Origin: Candidatus Saccharimonadota bacterium
GTDB taxonomy: Bacteria > Patescibacteriota > Saccharimonadia > Saccharimonadales > UBA4665
DNA length: 64,000 nt
NCBI GenBank assembly: GCA_025928155.1
Contig: JAICKC010000003.1
Span: 9,069 to 73,068 of the forward strand
Direction of reading: 5' to 3'
Made by a program: the position numbers and the translations under genes. The notes under the pieces were generated by a model. That model worked only from the letters and a program-made list of their open reading frames with translations. It was not told the DNA's origin and ran no database searches. How positions within the stretch are numbered: position 1 is the stretch's first letter; every line of letters starts with the position of its first letter. Positions 27,980 through 38,403 of the stretch are shown piece by piece.

Positions 27980-29299
27980 CTACTTACTTAGTTCCGTTTC
28001 AATAAATTTGGCAAACGCCACCTGCTTCTCAGCTGTAAACGCCCCGGTCGCGAGTTGCGGACCACTGTTCACTTCAAAACAATACCACTCGCCGGTCTGC
28101 TTGTCTTGTACCATATCCACTCCGGCTACGCCGTGCTCCATGACTTTCGCGGCAGTAATGCTCTGTACCTGTACCGATCCTGGTAGCTCGCTCAAGTCGA
28201 CCAGCCGCGCAGTGCCGCCCTGCGACGTGTTGTTCAGGTGAGTAGACGTACCGTTGCGGCTGCGATATATAACGAGCGCGATGCGCCGGCCTAAAATCAA
28301 AATCCGGTAGTCGCCGTCGTTCGGCACAAACTTTTGCCCTATCATGAAGGTACCTTCGTTACTGACGGCGTCGCAGGCCGTATCGTAGTCTTCACGTGTA
28401 CGGATAAGGTAGTTATGTGCCCCACGACTAGCGTGGATACCTTTCAACACGAACGGTAGGCCCAGGTGCGCCACAAACCGTTCGTACGACGTTCGGAGCT
28501 GGCTCGGCGCGACGTAGAGTGACGCCGGAATGGCGACGTCACTGTCGGCCAAAATAACATACTGGTACAGCTTACTGCTCGGCGCAAAGTGCAGCGTCGA
28601 TTCGTCAATAACTTTTACGCCGCGCTTCTTGAGGTAGCGTCCCATCGCGGCAGTTACATCGCGCTCGCCGGAAGTTTTGAAGTGGACGATGTCAAATGAC
28701 GCGATGTCGTCTCCTGTCGAAATGAGCGTAACGCGTGTCCCTTGCGGACCAAAACAAAACTGTACATCATCGTAGGTAGCGTGCGTAATACTGAGGTCTT
28801 CGGCCGCTTTCTCTACGCCTTTCACGAACTTGCTGACGTTAGGGCTTATGAAGGTACTCATTAGGAGCAAGCGAGCGGAAGTGTCCTGAGACTTTGCGGC
28901 AACGTCTACTAAGAACTTGCCGTGGAGCGTACGCCGGCCAATGAGAATCGGCTGACTGTTGTTTTCACGGTTAGCGAGCGTGAAACGGACGCGGATCGTG
29001 CGGCCAGCCAAACGAACTTTGAGGGTAATTTTATAGCGGAACTCGGCCGCGCCAAATGAATTTTTGATAGATGTGACCCCAAATTTTTTGGTCTGCAGCA
29101 CCTTACCGGTGTAGTACGGCGAGACTTTATCAAACAAGACAAACGAGAGCACGCCGTCGTCTTCGCGGATGTCACTCGCCCACACCGCCGAGCTATCAGC
29201 ACCAGTGTCAACTTTGGCGGGCACCTCAAAAACCCCCAGGTCTGGGAAGTCGATGTTCTCCTTGGGGCCGACAACGGTGATTGGTTTACTGAGCGCCAT
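27980..29299 (-). CDS. Fusion of a retropepsin-like RimK-associated protease and an ATP-grasp ligase
   Basis: N-terminal AKVDTGADSS and LIGR; C-terminal QKFVPNDGDYR, NNTSQGG, AGVD, FEVNSGP. Confidence 0.85.
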   Translation of the reverse strand: MALSKPITVVGPKENIDFPDLGVFEVPAKVDTGADSSAVWASDIREDDGVLSFVLFDKVSPYYTGKVLQTKKFGVTSIKNSFGAAEFRYKITLKVRLAGRTIRVRFTLANRENNSQPILIGRRTLHGKFLVDVAAKSQDTSARLLLMSTFISPNVSKFVKGVEKAAEDLSITHATYDDVQFCFGPQGTRVTLISTGDDIASFDIVHFKTSGERDVTAAMGRYLKKRGVKVIDESTLHFAPSSKLYQYVILADSDVAIPASLYVAPSQLRTSYERFVAHLGLPFVLKGIHASRGAHNYLIRTREDYDTACDAVSNEGTFMIGQKFVPNDGDYRILILGRRIALVIYRSRNGTSTHLNNTSQGGTARLVDLSELPGSVQVQSITAAKVMEHGVAGVDMVQDKQTGEWYCFEVNSGPQLATGAFTAEKQVAFAKFIETELSK

Positions 29300-29356
29300 A
29301 AATGAATCCGGTTTTAGTTACCATTATTATAACACTTTTGGTTATTTATAGCAATA

Positions 29357-29473
29357 CTAATGCTGAGCCCTGGCTACCGCATGATACGACACATACAGCA
29401 CGGCGACAATGATGAGAACCAGGCAGATTATCATCGGTACAAAGCCGCTTTGGTCACGCTGGAAGTTACGCAT
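29357..29473 (-). CDS. 38-aa pilin-like peptide (below ORF-track cutoff)
   Basis: MRNFQRDQSG|FVPMIICLVLIIVAVLYVSYHAVARAQH; TATAGT 8 nt upstream. Confidence 0.6.
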   Translation of the reverse strand: MRNFQRDQSGFVPMIICLVLIIVAVLYVSYHAVARAQH

Positions 29474-29506
29474 TTATTCGCACTATACCGCTTTTGGCTG
29501 CGTTTG

Positions 29507-30991
29507 TTAAGCTGCCTCAAGGTATGCGGCTGCCGGATCACCGCCTACCAGCTCGACGTGCTCAGGGTTGGTCGGGTCGAAAGTGGTGCTCATGAGCCAC
29601 CTGAGGCGCGCCTGGCGCACTTCTTTCGGTAGCGCAGCGGTCTCGTTTAGGAACTGGGTAGCTTTGCGCGCACCTACAAAGTAGCTAATGTCGCGGTTAT
29701 CGCGCGCATTGCCGCGAGCGGTGCGCATAACGGAACTGTAGGAAGCCCCTTGTAGTTTTGCTCTGTCTATTGGACCTTTTTCCTGCAATGCCGCCCGACG
29801 CCACATGATCTCGTTCACGGCGTGGAATGACTGCTCTTTACCCATACCAATGTCGTGTAGGCCTTTCAGAAGACCAATTTGCAGGTAGTACTTCACACCG
29901 GGTACGCGTTTTTTACCGCTAAAGATCTGTTCGAGGACTACCGGAAGACCTTCGCCAAAGTCCAGGGTTCGAGGCAAAGAGCTTTGAAGGTGGGGCTGCT
30001 CTTGCATTTTGGCGTTTTGAAATAACCGAGCATGCCAACCCTCGTGCAGCGGCTTTGTGAGCATTTCGTCGGACGTAAAGTCGTTGCGTAACTCACCAAT
30101 AGTAATTTCACTCCGGGCCTCGCTCGCCTCGGCTGCTACTTTCTTACCCGTCAGGATACGGACGGGCCAATCCACCCCCATCGCCCGGAGTGCCGCCTGG
30201 AAGGCAGGCTGAGCGTCTGCCGGCTTTACACTGTGGTCAAGACCAGTATACGGCCGCATAGCTTCCTCAAAATCGGGGAAGATTTCGCAGAAGTCTTCAC
30301 GGATAATCTGCATAGTATCGTCGCGGAGCTCCTCGTATGGCTCTCCCTGGGGCATGGTGGCGAGTTTTTGCTCTGCCTCTTCTCGGCTCTCAAAACCGAG
30401 ACAGCCTAGATACTCGCGGGCGATTTGATCCTTCGCCGCATCCTCTGAACCCCAGTACGCCAGCGCGAGCTGAATATCGGCGGCGAGCATCATTTCAAAC
30501 AGCTCAGTTTCGGGTTCTCCGAAGATTTCGCCGGACATACTCGCAGCGCGTCCCCGTGATTCCTCGGCCCGTACGGCTGCAGTCTCGCGAAATTCCTCAT
30601 CTCTCGCACCTTCGCTGGCGGCGACATGCCCGAGGAGGCGCAAAACCTCCTTATGTCTGTACACTTCAGCCAGCTTAGCAGCCACTTTCTCGTAGATTAC
30701 GGCCGCTTCGGTCGTCTCATCGCCTGTTTGTTCTACATAATCGGTTATGGCGTTGAGTTGTTGCCAGTATTGGCGCTCGGACGCGTCAAGTGAGGGAGTG
30801 TCGAGGAGGGGATAGCGCGTAATCGCCGGCCAGGCACCTTCACCCGCCAGGAAGGCCCTTTTCGCCTCTTTGCGCTCGCCTGAAGCGGCCGCATGGCCTT
30901 CACCGACTCCGTACGGTTCGTTTGAGGGTATAGAAGTGTGCGGTACCTCATTAAATGCTCGTGCAACGTCTGCTAGCACACCGATAGCCAT
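29507..30991 (-). CDS. Putative Zn metallopeptidase, DUF1704/MATCAP-like
   Basis: HEGWH...GEGLP, MRTARG, RDISYFVG resemble DUF1704 motifs. Confidence 0.6.
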   Translation of the reverse strand: MAIGVLADVARAFNEVPHTSIPSNEPYGVGEGHAAASGERKEAKRAFLAGEGAWPAITRYPLLDTPSLDASERQYWQQLNAITDYVEQTGDETTEAAVIYEKVAAKLAEVYRHKEVLRLLGHVAASEGARDEEFRETAAVRAEESRGRAASMSGEIFGEPETELFEMMLAADIQLALAYWGSEDAAKDQIAREYLGCLGFESREEAEQKLATMPQGEPYEELRDDTMQIIREDFCEIFPDFEEAMRPYTGLDHSVKPADAQPAFQAALRAMGVDWPVRILTGKKVAAEASEARSEITIGELRNDFTSDEMLTKPLHEGWHARLFQNAKMQEQPHLQSSLPRTLDFGEGLPVVLEQIFSGKKRVPGVKYYLQIGLLKGLHDIGMGKEQSFHAVNEIMWRRAALQEKGPIDRAKLQGASYSSVMRTARGNARDNRDISYFVGARKATQFLNETAALPKEVRQARLRWLMSTTFDPTNPEHVELVGGDPAAAYLEAA

Positions 30992-31031
30992 AGTACTTGT
31001 ATTATACCATAATAACTACGATGTGGCAATT

Positions 31032-32129
31032 CTAGAAGAGGCCACGCTTTTTGCTGCCACCTTTTGCAAACTGCTCTAGCAGCTCTTTTTGCTGACGAGT
31101 GAGCTTGGTAGGAGTATCGACGGTAATAGTTACGATGTGCGACCCGCGGGATTCGGAGCGAATATGGGGCACACCGTGGCTGCTGAGCTTGAAATCGGTG
31201 CCACTCTGAGTGCCGGCCGGGACCTTCATGCGTACCTTGCCGTCTACCGTATCGACATTTATTTCAGTACCGAGCGCAGCTTCCACCATACCAATGTGCT
31301 CTTCGCTCAAGATAAGGTCACCTTCACGCGTAAAATACTTATGAGCCTTGACTCGCACGTGCACGTACAGATCACCTTTCGGGCCGTTGGCGACTGCTTC
31401 GCCGTGTTCCCGTAAGCGTATAGTTGCGCCGTCGTCAATCCCGGCCGGGACTTTCAGCTGCACGTTCTGTGTGCGGCGTTCCGTGCCCTTGCCGTGACAC
31501 ACGGTGCAGACCTTTTCGGGCACTTTGCCGGTACCTCTACAGGTCGGACAGATGCTAGCCTGCTGGATATTGCCAAAAATGGTGCGCGTGGCCGTGACGA
31601 CCTGGCCGCTGCCGCCGCACGTTTCGCAAGTTTTGAGCGAGTAGCCAGGCTCGGCCGTCGTACCTTTGCAGTGGCTGCAGGTGTCTTCGAGGTTGAGCTT
31701 TAGGTTCACGTCGGTGCCAAAAACCGCCTCTTCGAAGCTGATTTCAATGCGAGTTTCCACATCGCTGCCGCGCGCCTGCCTCTGCCTGCCGCCAGGCTGA
31801 CCGCCCCCGAAAAAGCTGCTAAATATATCGCCTAGGCCTAGGTCACCGAAGTCGAAGTTTACGTTCTGGCCGTTAAAGCCGCCAAACGGATTACCGTCGC
31901 TCGCTGCACTGCTGCCCACGCCCGCGTGGCCGAACTGGTCGTAGCGCTGGCGTTTGCTGGGGTCTTTCAGCACTTCGTAAGCTTCGTTAACCTCTTTAAA
32001 CTTCTCTTCGTCGCCACCGCGGTCGGGGTGCAGCTCTACCGCCTTCCGGCGGAAAGCCTTTTTGATTTCGTCGGCACTGGCGGCTTTACCCACGCCAAGC
32101 ACCTCGTAATAGTCACGTTTTTCAGCCAT
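31032..32129 (-). CDS. dnaJ: Chaperone DnaJ
   Basis: J domain with HPD, G/F region, four CxxCxGxG-type repeats. Confidence 0.97.
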   Translation of the reverse strand: MAEKRDYYEVLGVGKAASADEIKKAFRRKAVELHPDRGGDEEKFKEVNEAYEVLKDPSKRQRYDQFGHAGVGSSAASDGNPFGGFNGQNVNFDFGDLGLGDIFSSFFGGGQPGGRQRQARGSDVETRIEISFEEAVFGTDVNLKLNLEDTCSHCKGTTAEPGYSLKTCETCGGSGQVVTATRTIFGNIQQASICPTCRGTGKVPEKVCTVCHGKGTERRTQNVQLKVPAGIDDGATIRLREHGEAVANGPKGDLYVHVRVKAHKYFTREGDLILSEEHIGMVEAALGTEINVDTVDGKVRMKVPAGTQSGTDFKLSSHGVPHIRSESRGSHIVTITVDTPTKLTRQQKELLEQFAKGGSKKRGLF

Positions 32130-32144
32130 ACTGTAGAGAGTATT

Positions 32145-32171
32145 TTAGCACTTACTGATGCCGAGTGCCAG
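32145..32171. promoter_or_regulatory. CIRCE operator upstream of dnaJ
   Basis: TTAGCACTT-N9-GAGTGCCAG. Confidence 0.8.
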
Positions 32172-32191
32172 GAGGATGTTCCTACTAATCT

Positions 32192-32638
32192 TTATCGTGT
32201 TTTCCACTCGTCGGGCTTTTGAAGGAATGAGTCTACAATTTGCTCGAAGGGCTGTGTGTCATCACCCGTAAAATCCCGAGAACGTACATTTTGGCCATCA
32301 GGCCGCTGAACCTCTATGAAATCCGGTGCTAGGCTATTGTCAGCCCCTACGGCAAACTCTGCCGTGTATTCACGGGCATGCTCAAGGCTACCTCCGTCTT
32401 CTCCAGAGTCTTCTGGCCAACCTTCATGCACAACCACAGAAGCCCGACCACCAACCACTAGACCCTCGACACTGGCGTGGTCTCGTCGTTTTGCAAAGAA
32501 CTGTCTCACGCCCCTTCCCTCAGACATCTCACCGACTACGGCATGCATGAGATCTGCCGCACTAGAAAGCGCGCTCCAGTACTCAGGAGAGTGTTGGTCG
32601 TCTTCTCCGCCTGCCGGTGCAAAAAGGGCTTCTCCCAT
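32192..32638 (-). CDS. Hypothetical acidic protein between dnaK and dnaJ
   Basis: 148-aa ORF filling the gap; no recognised motif. Confidence 0.55.
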   Translation of the reverse strand: MGEALFAPAGGEDDQHSPEYWSALSSAADLMHAVVGEMSEGRGVRQFFAKRRDHASVEGLVVGGRASVVVHEGWPEDSGEDGGSLEHAREYTAEFAVGADNSLAPDFIEVQRPDGQNVRSRDFTGDDTQPFEQIVDSFLQKPDEWKTR

Positions 32639-32692
32639 ATTTTTACTTTACAGCTTACTGCAGCGAACCTTCTGTAAGGCTACGGACACTGG

Positions 32693-34606
32693 CTACTTTT
32701 CTTTGTCGTCAACGACTTCGCCTTCGATGGGACCATCGCCCTTTTTGTCGTCGTCAGAGAGATTTTTGTCCTCTTCGGGAGTCTCTTCTTTGCTCGCCGC
32801 TTCGTACAGCTTAGCACCGATAGGCATAAGTACGCCGTTGAGCTCCTTAGCGGCACCGTCGAGCATGTCTTTGTCGGCGATATCGTCGGCTACGACCTTT
32901 TTGGCTTTCTCGATCGCTTCGTCAATGGCTTTTTTGTCGTCATCGGTCAGCTTGTCACCACTGTCGCTCTTGAGTTTCTCGGCCTGGTAGACGGCGCTGT
33001 CGAGCTGGTTGCGTGCCTCCACGGCCTCTTTCTTTTTCTTGTCCTCTTCGGCGTGGGCTTCGGCGTCTTTGGCCATCTTTTCCACCTCTGCTTTGTCGAG
33101 GCTACCGCTGCCCTGGATGGTAATATTCTGCTCTTTGCCGGTGCCCTTGTCCTTGGCGGTCACGTTCAGGATGCCGTTGGCATCGATGTTAAATGTTACC
33201 TCAACCTGCGGTACGCCGCGCGGTGCCGGCGCGATGCCGTCCAAGATGAATGTGCCGAGCACCTTGTTGCCATCCATCATTTCGCGTTCGCCCTGACCGA
33301 CTTTGATTTCTACCTGCGACTGGTTGTCAGCAGCAGTACTAAACACCTCTGATTTGCTGGTCGGGATAGTGGTGTTGCGCTCGATGAGCTTGGTCATGAC
33401 ACCGCCCATGGTCTCGATACCAAGGCTCAGCGGGGTCACATCCAGCAGCAGCACATCCTTGACATCCCCTTGCAGCACGCCGCCCTGAATGGCAGCGCCC
33501 ACAGCCACCACTTCGTCTGGGTTCACGCCCTTCATTGGCTCTTTGCCGAAGATAGCTTTAACCTTTTCCTGCACGGCCGGCATGCGGGTCATACCGCCTA
33601 CTAGTACTACAGCTTCAATGTCACTAGCCTTGAGACCAGCATCTTTGAGCGCCTTCTCACATGGGTCGGCAGTCTTGGCGACGAGATCACCCACCAGCTG
33701 CTCTAGCTTGGCGCGGGTCAGCTTGTGCTCAAAGTGCTTCGGACCCTCGGCGTCAGCCGTCAGAAACGGCAGGTTGATGTCGACTTCCTGTGCCGTTGAG
33801 AGTTCAATCTTGGCCTTCTCGGCTTCGTCGCGCAGGCGCTGCATAGCCGCGTTGTCTCCGGAGATGTCGATGCCGCTTTCTTTCTTGAACGCTTCAACAA
33901 AATAGTTGACGATAACCCGGTCAAAGTCGGCGCCACCCAGGTGGGTGTCACCGTTGGTGCTTTTAACCTCAAACACGCCGTCGCCGAGTTCCAGGATAGA
34001 CACGTCGAACGTGCCGCCACCCAAGTCGTATACGGCGATCTTTTCGTCGGCTTTGCCACCCTTGTCAAGGCCGTAGGCCAAAGCTGCGGCGGTTGGCTCA
34101 TTGATGATACGCTTCACTTCGAGACCGGCAATTTTACCGGCGTCTTTGGTGGCCTGACGTTGGCTGTCGTCGAAGTAGGCCGGCACGGTAATGACCGCTT
34201 CGGTCACTTTGTCGCCTAGGAAACTTTCGGCGTCGGCCTTGAGCTTACCGAGGATCATGGCGCTGATTTCTTCGGGGCTGTATTCTTTGTCGCCCATCTT
34301 GACCTTGACGCCATTGCCGCTCTTGACGATCTCGTAGCCCATAAGCTTGAGGTCGCGCTGGACTTCTTGGTCGTCGAAATTGCGACCGATGAGGCGCTTG
34401 ACTTCATAAATGGTGTTCTTTGGGTTGGTAACCTGCTGGCGGCGAGCCAGTGCTCCAACCAAACGTTCGCCGTTCTTGTTGATAGCTACCACGCTTGGCG
34501 TAGTGCGATTACCCTCAGAGTTCGCGATAATCTCCGGCTTGCCGCTTTGCATTACGGCCATTGCCGAGTTGGTAGTGCCGAGGTCGATTCCGATAATTTT
34601 TGCCAT
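32693..34606 (-). CDS. dnaK: Chaperone DnaK
   Basis: [30 protein letters not shown]. Confidence 0.98.
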   Translation of the reverse strand: MAKIIGIDLGTTNSAMAVMQSGKPEIIANSEGNRTTPSVVAINKNGERLVGALARRQQVTNPKNTIYEVKRLIGRNFDDQEVQRDLKLMGYEIVKSGNGVKVKMGDKEYSPEEISAMILGKLKADAESFLGDKVTEAVITVPAYFDDSQRQATKDAGKIAGLEVKRIINEPTAAALAYGLDKGGKADEKIAVYDLGGGTFDVSILELGDGVFEVKSTNGDTHLGGADFDRVIVNYFVEAFKKESGIDISGDNAAMQRLRDEAEKAKIELSTAQEVDINLPFLTADAEGPKHFEHKLTRAKLEQLVGDLVAKTADPCEKALKDAGLKASDIEAVVLVGGMTRMPAVQEKVKAIFGKEPMKGVNPDEVVAVGAAIQGGVLQGDVKDVLLLDVTPLSLGIETMGGVMTKLIERNTTIPTSKSEVFSTAADNQSQVEIKVGQGEREMMDGNKVLGTFILDGIAPAPRGVPQVEVTFNIDANGILNVTAKDKGTGKEQNITIQGSGSLDKAEVEKMAKDAEAHAEEDKKKKEAVEARNQLDSAVYQAEKLKSDSGDKLTDDDKKAIDEAIEKAKKVVADDIADKDMLDGAAKELNGVLMPIGAKLYEAASKEETPEEDKNLSDDDKKGDGPIEGEVVDDKEK

Positions 34607-34623
34607 GGATATATTCCCTTCCG

Positions 34624-34697
34624 TTAGCAGATAGTCACTTTGAGTGCTAGTACTATTCTAGCATAAAAAATTAGCACTCTCGTGTCAAGACTGCTAA
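34624..34697. promoter_or_regulatory. Two tandem CIRCE operators and the dnaK promoter
   Basis: TTAGCAGAT-N9-GAGTGCTAG (34624-34650), TTAGCACTC-N9-GACTGCTAA (34671-34697); TTGACA-N17-TATGCT on minus. Confidence 0.88.
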
Positions 34698-34996
34698 CCG
34701 CCGATTGCTCTACGGCTCGCTGCGCTTTGCGCGAACGCACGAAGCATCCGCCCCTCCACATAGCCGGGAGCCATGTCTGCCTCAGTATGCCCTTCTCGTA
34801 CCGACATAGCGTAGCCAGTCTGTAACATGCCGAGTTGCTCGTCTCTGATGTCGGGCGGCAGCTGTGGATCAAGCAGAATTTTTATCATTGTTCGAACTAG
34901 GGCCTCTTGCCTTCCCAGCACTGGTGCGGCGGGCGGTAGTTCGTAAATCTCAAGTGGGGACGGCGGCGTAAGACGGGCTGACTCAGGGTCAGACAC
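34694..34996 (-). CDS. Hypothetical protein between grpE and dnaK
   Basis: 100-aa ORF filling the gap; no motif; start uncertain. Confidence 0.4.
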   Translation of the reverse strand: MSDPESARLTPPSPLEIYELPPAAPVLGRQEALVRTMIKILLDPQLPPDIRDEQLGMLQTGYAMSVREGHTEADMAPGYVEGRMLRAFAQSAASRRAIGG

Positions 34997-35124
34997 CGCA
35001 GTTTCCGGACACTACGGTGGTGATAGAAAAAATACCCCCGCTATAGATACACTCTCTAGCTTCAGGGTATTGCATTAGTGCTTATTGTACAAAAGTCCGG
35101 CACAAAGACAAGCGCAATCTGGCT

Positions 35125-35664
35125 CTAGACCGTCTTCACGCGAACCATTGCGTGGCGTATCACTTCGTCACCGAGCTGATAACCAGCCTGGAGCTCTTCG
35201 CTCACCACCTCTTGTGCACCCTCACCCTCTTCCATGCTCACGGCCTCGTGCAGGCGTGGGTCAAACAGCTCGCCAACTGTTTTTATTTTTACAACGCCTA
35301 TGTCAGCCAGCGTCTTTTCGAACTGCTTAACGATGCCTTGTACGCCCTTTATATAGTCATTGGCTTCTAGGTCTGGTGGCACATGCTTAAGGGCACGCTC
35401 AAAATTATCGACAACTGGCAGCAGCGCGCGTACCACGCCTGCCTTGACGACGCTTTGCAGGCCGGTGACTTGCGCTTCATGCCGACGGCGGATATTAATA
35501 GTATCTGCACGCTCACGCTGTAGCGCCTCTGTCAGCTCTTGGACTTGGAGAGCGAGGTCGACGGTCTGAGTGTCGTCAGTCTGGGAGTCTGACGGCGCAG
35601 GGGCGCTTTCTTCCGGCACATCCTTTTGATACTTGTCAGCTTTGCGGCCTTGCTTGTCAGTCAT
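35125..35664 (-). CDS. grpE: Nucleotide exchange factor GrpE
   Basis: LLPVVDNFERAL, FDPRLHEAV, GYQLG..VIRHAMV. Confidence 0.96.
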   Translation of the reverse strand: MTDKQGRKADKYQKDVPEESAPAPSDSQTDDTQTVDLALQVQELTEALQRERADTINIRRRHEAQVTGLQSVVKAGVVRALLPVVDNFERALKHVPPDLEANDYIKGVQGIVKQFEKTLADIGVVKIKTVGELFDPRLHEAVSMEEGEGAQEVVSEELQAGYQLGDEVIRHAMVRVKTV

Positions 35665-36366
35665 TTATAGAACCTCCTCCAATGTCTTACCAGTGTGGGC
35701 AACCAGAGCCATGACGCCCCGATAGCTCTGACGGGTGGGCCCGAGCGTACCGATGTAGCTGTGGTCGCTAAAGGGGCTTCTGAACCGGCTGATGATAAGG
35801 CTAACCCCGGCACTGCGGCCAATCGGGTTTTCGCTGCCGATGTAAACGCTTAAGGGTTCGTTCGGCGCCGCTTCGCGCAGCCATGGCTCCAGGTTGTCGA
35901 GCAACCGTGCCACCTGCTGAACCTGTTGGCCGCTTACAAACTCGGGTTGGCCGAAGAGGTTGCTCAGCCCACTCATGTATAGCTGGTTGCCGATGGTGGC
36001 AAGCCCCAGATTATGCGTGAGTTCTACCAGCGTGTCAACGGCGTTGCGAATGGTACGCTCCGGCATGCCGCCGTGCTGCACCCGGGCGGTCAGCGCACGC
36101 TCAGCCCGCTTTTCGGGCTGCGTGGCTTCAGTTCCTGCAGCCAGATTATTGACGTAAAAACGGTAGCCCCGGTCGGTCGGGATACGACCGGCGCTGGTGT
36201 GCGGCTGACGAATGTAGTCCAGGCGCTCCAACTCTGCCATTTCTGCCCGAATAGTGGCACTAGAGACGTCAAACACTTTGGCCAGCAAGCTGCTGCCCAC
36301 CGGCACCGCCACCTCGGCGTACTGCTCGATGATGGCTGAAAGAATTTGCTTTTGACGCTCTGTCAT
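35665..36366 (-). CDS. hrcA: Heat-inducible repressor HrcA (short form)
   Basis: PVGS, SSATIR.EM..LE, QPHTSAGRIPT..GYR.YV, GPTR. Confidence 0.93.
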   Translation of the reverse strand: MTERQKQILSAIIEQYAEVAVPVGSSLLAKVFDVSSATIRAEMAELERLDYIRQPHTSAGRIPTDRGYRFYVNNLAAGTEATQPEKRAERALTARVQHGGMPERTIRNAVDTLVELTHNLGLATIGNQLYMSGLSNLFGQPEFVSGQQVQQVARLLDNLEPWLREAAPNEPLSVYIGSENPIGRSAGVSLIISRFRSPFSDHSYIGTLGPTRQSYRGVMALVAHTGKTLEEVL

Positions 36367-36385
36367 TACATAACAGTATAGCTCT

Positions 36386-36412
36386 CTGGCACTCAAAACT
36401 CAAGATTGCCAA
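36386..36412. promoter_or_regulatory. CIRCE operator upstream of hrcA
   Basis: CTGGCACTC-N9-GATTGCCAA. Confidence 0.75.
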
Positions 36413-36418
36413 GCGTGA

Positions 36419-36961
36419 CTAGGCCGCCAGGGCAAGCTCAGCTAAAAGCAATGAACTCATAATGAGCCGCTCGCGCGGTTGGTCGGGGGTGTTGAGAGGA
36501 CGCTCAACAACACGCCCTTCGTAGCTCGCCTGAGCCTGCAACGCTATCGGCTTACCAGCATCCGTGAAACCAGTCAGGATGCTGACATGCGCAATGGCTG
36601 GCCCATCGCCTGGCTCAAGCAGCCTGGAAAACACGAGGTTGCCAATGTCTTCCGCTCGCACTTCACGAAACGGTTTTACCTTGCCGCCTGCCGCCTCGAG
36701 CGCGGCGAACATTTCGCGCGTATGGCGAAGACGCGACGGCCACGACGCCAGCTTCATTGCCTCGATTACCAGACCTGAGCAGTCAAGCCCGTCTCGAGCC
36801 CGCCCAACCTCCATGCACCTGCGTGGTGTCTGTATGGACTCAAAACACCCGGGCGAAAGCTCGTAGTGATATATTGCCGGACAGCCAAGGTACGCTCGGC
36901 CATTGTTAATAAACTCTGCTTTACATAAAATTTCTGCTGCATTATCCTCGCAATCCACCAT
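36419..36961 (-). CDS. NlpC/P60-like cysteine hydrolase
   Basis: YLG.P, GLDCSGLV, GNLVF, HVSI; no signal peptide. Confidence 0.65.
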   Translation of the reverse strand: MVDCEDNAAEILCKAEFINNGRAYLGCPAIYHYELSPGCFESIQTPRRCMEVGRARDGLDCSGLVIEAMKLASWPSRLRHTREMFAALEAAGGKVKPFREVRAEDIGNLVFSRLLEPGDGPAIAHVSILTGFTDAGKPIALQAQASYEGRVVERPLNTPDQPRERLIMSSLLLAELALAA

Positions 36962-37020
36962 TTATAGTTGCTAAACGTATGGGGGGGTTGCGAGAGTAGC
37001 TAGATCATTGTTAGGCTTCT

Positions 37021-37764
37021 TTACTTCTTAGCGAGTTCCTCACGAACTCGCTGTAACAGTTCTTGGGCAAGTTCACGAGCTTGCCGCTGCTTGTTTACAT
37101 CAACAATGTCCCGCTCAACGAGGTCACGAAGATCCTCGACCGCCCGCTCGATGGTATCATTCACCACAAACTGGAAATATGGCAGGTCGAGCATATTTTC
37201 CAAGACTTTTTCAGCAGTCTGGAGTCGGTTGGCAAACTCTTCGGGGTGTAGTTCTTCGCGCCCCAATAGCCGTTTGAGCCACACGTCGTAGCTGCTTGGC
37301 AGCAAACCAATAATATGCGCGTCCGGCTTGGCTTTCGCAACATTCTGTGTGCCCAGGTATTCAAAGTCCCGGATTGCAATCTTGTTGGCCTCGGTTGCCC
37401 GCTCGATTTCGCGGATGCTCAGACCCGAGACCTGTTGGTTGTGGATAATTTCGGCCTCTATAAACTCACCGCTGCGAATATCTTCCAGCATACCCTCTTC
37501 GGTTCTGAAGTAGTAGTTGACGCCGTCCTTTTCCATGGCGCCATTGCGCAACTTAGGCGGCCGCGTTGTGTCGGATATTACAAAGTAGTAGTTATAGTGC
37601 TTAGCCAAGTAGTCAATAATTGTATTACGGCCACCACCAGCCAAGCCCGACATTGCAACTAGATTGGCTTGTTTTAGCACGTGACGTGCGTGCTCAGAAA
37701 GGCGCAAATGCGCAATCGATTCCCGAAACTCTTTCATGTGCTCCAAGCGAACCGGTTCTGCCAT
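37021..37764 (-). CDS. gmk: Guanylate kinase-like protein
   Basis: SDTTRPP, E.DGVNYYF, FIEAE; variant P-loop GLAGGGRNT. Confidence 0.8.
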   Translation of the reverse strand: MAEPVRLEHMKEFRESIAHLRLSEHARHVLKQANLVAMSGLAGGGRNTIIDYLAKHYNYYFVISDTTRPPKLRNGAMEKDGVNYYFRTEEGMLEDIRSGEFIEAEIIHNQQVSGLSIREIERATEANKIAIRDFEYLGTQNVAKAKPDAHIIGLLPSSYDVWLKRLLGREELHPEEFANRLQTAEKVLENMLDLPYFQFVVNDTIERAVEDLRDLVERDIVDVNKQRQARELAQELLQRVREELAKK

Positions 37765-37866
37765 GAACCGATTATACCAGAATTAGTTCCGTTGTAAATT
37801 CCTCCACCTTGGTCAATATCGTAACAACGCTATACTAGAGGGACCATGGCAAAATAGAGTAAAGCA

Positions 37867-38403
37867 GTGAGCCAGGAAGCCAGCATCTCAGAACTTCACT
37901 ACCAGCTTGTTGCCCATCACCGGCGTTGTGGCGGCGATGTGTTGAGAGGCTACGGCTTGTGTACGCGTATTCTTGAAGTCCGCAGCCCCGTACGCTATAC
38001 CGCTTGGGGCGCGGACTACCTCACTGATGCAGGACGTATGCCTAGCATATTCTCCTGGAGGCGTCTTTCCGCGGCTCAGAGAAATGCGATGAGAGATCCA
38101 CTCGGGGTTCCGGCGCCAGCGCCTGCCGAGGCTTGGCTGAGCACTGCCATTCTGCTGAACAGCAGGCAGACGTCACTGACTCGCTTCGAATACAATGCCG
38201 AGACATGGAAACAGCTCGGAGAAGGCGATCCGATGGTGAGTACCGTAACCATTGATGCGCCTTACAACGATATCCATATAGACGATATGCGGGCAGGATT
38301 GGGTTTTAAGCGCACTCTCCCGCTTAACTTCGAGCGTGCCACAGGTGCACAGGTTGACGAGCTTACGACAGCGCTGCAGGGTCTTATTGCGACCGTAAGC
38401 TAG
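37867..38403 (+). CDS. Hypothetical protein
   Basis: 178-aa ORF filling the gap between gmk and lepA. Confidence 0.5.
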   Translation: MSQEASISELHYQLVAHHRRCGGDVLRGYGLCTRILEVRSPVRYTAWGADYLTDAGRMPSIFSWRRLSAAQRNAMRDPLGVPAPAPAEAWLSTAILLNSRQTSLTRFEYNAETWKQLGEGDPMVSTVTIDAPYNDIHIDDMRAGLGFKRTLPLNFERATGAQVDELTTALQGLIATVS

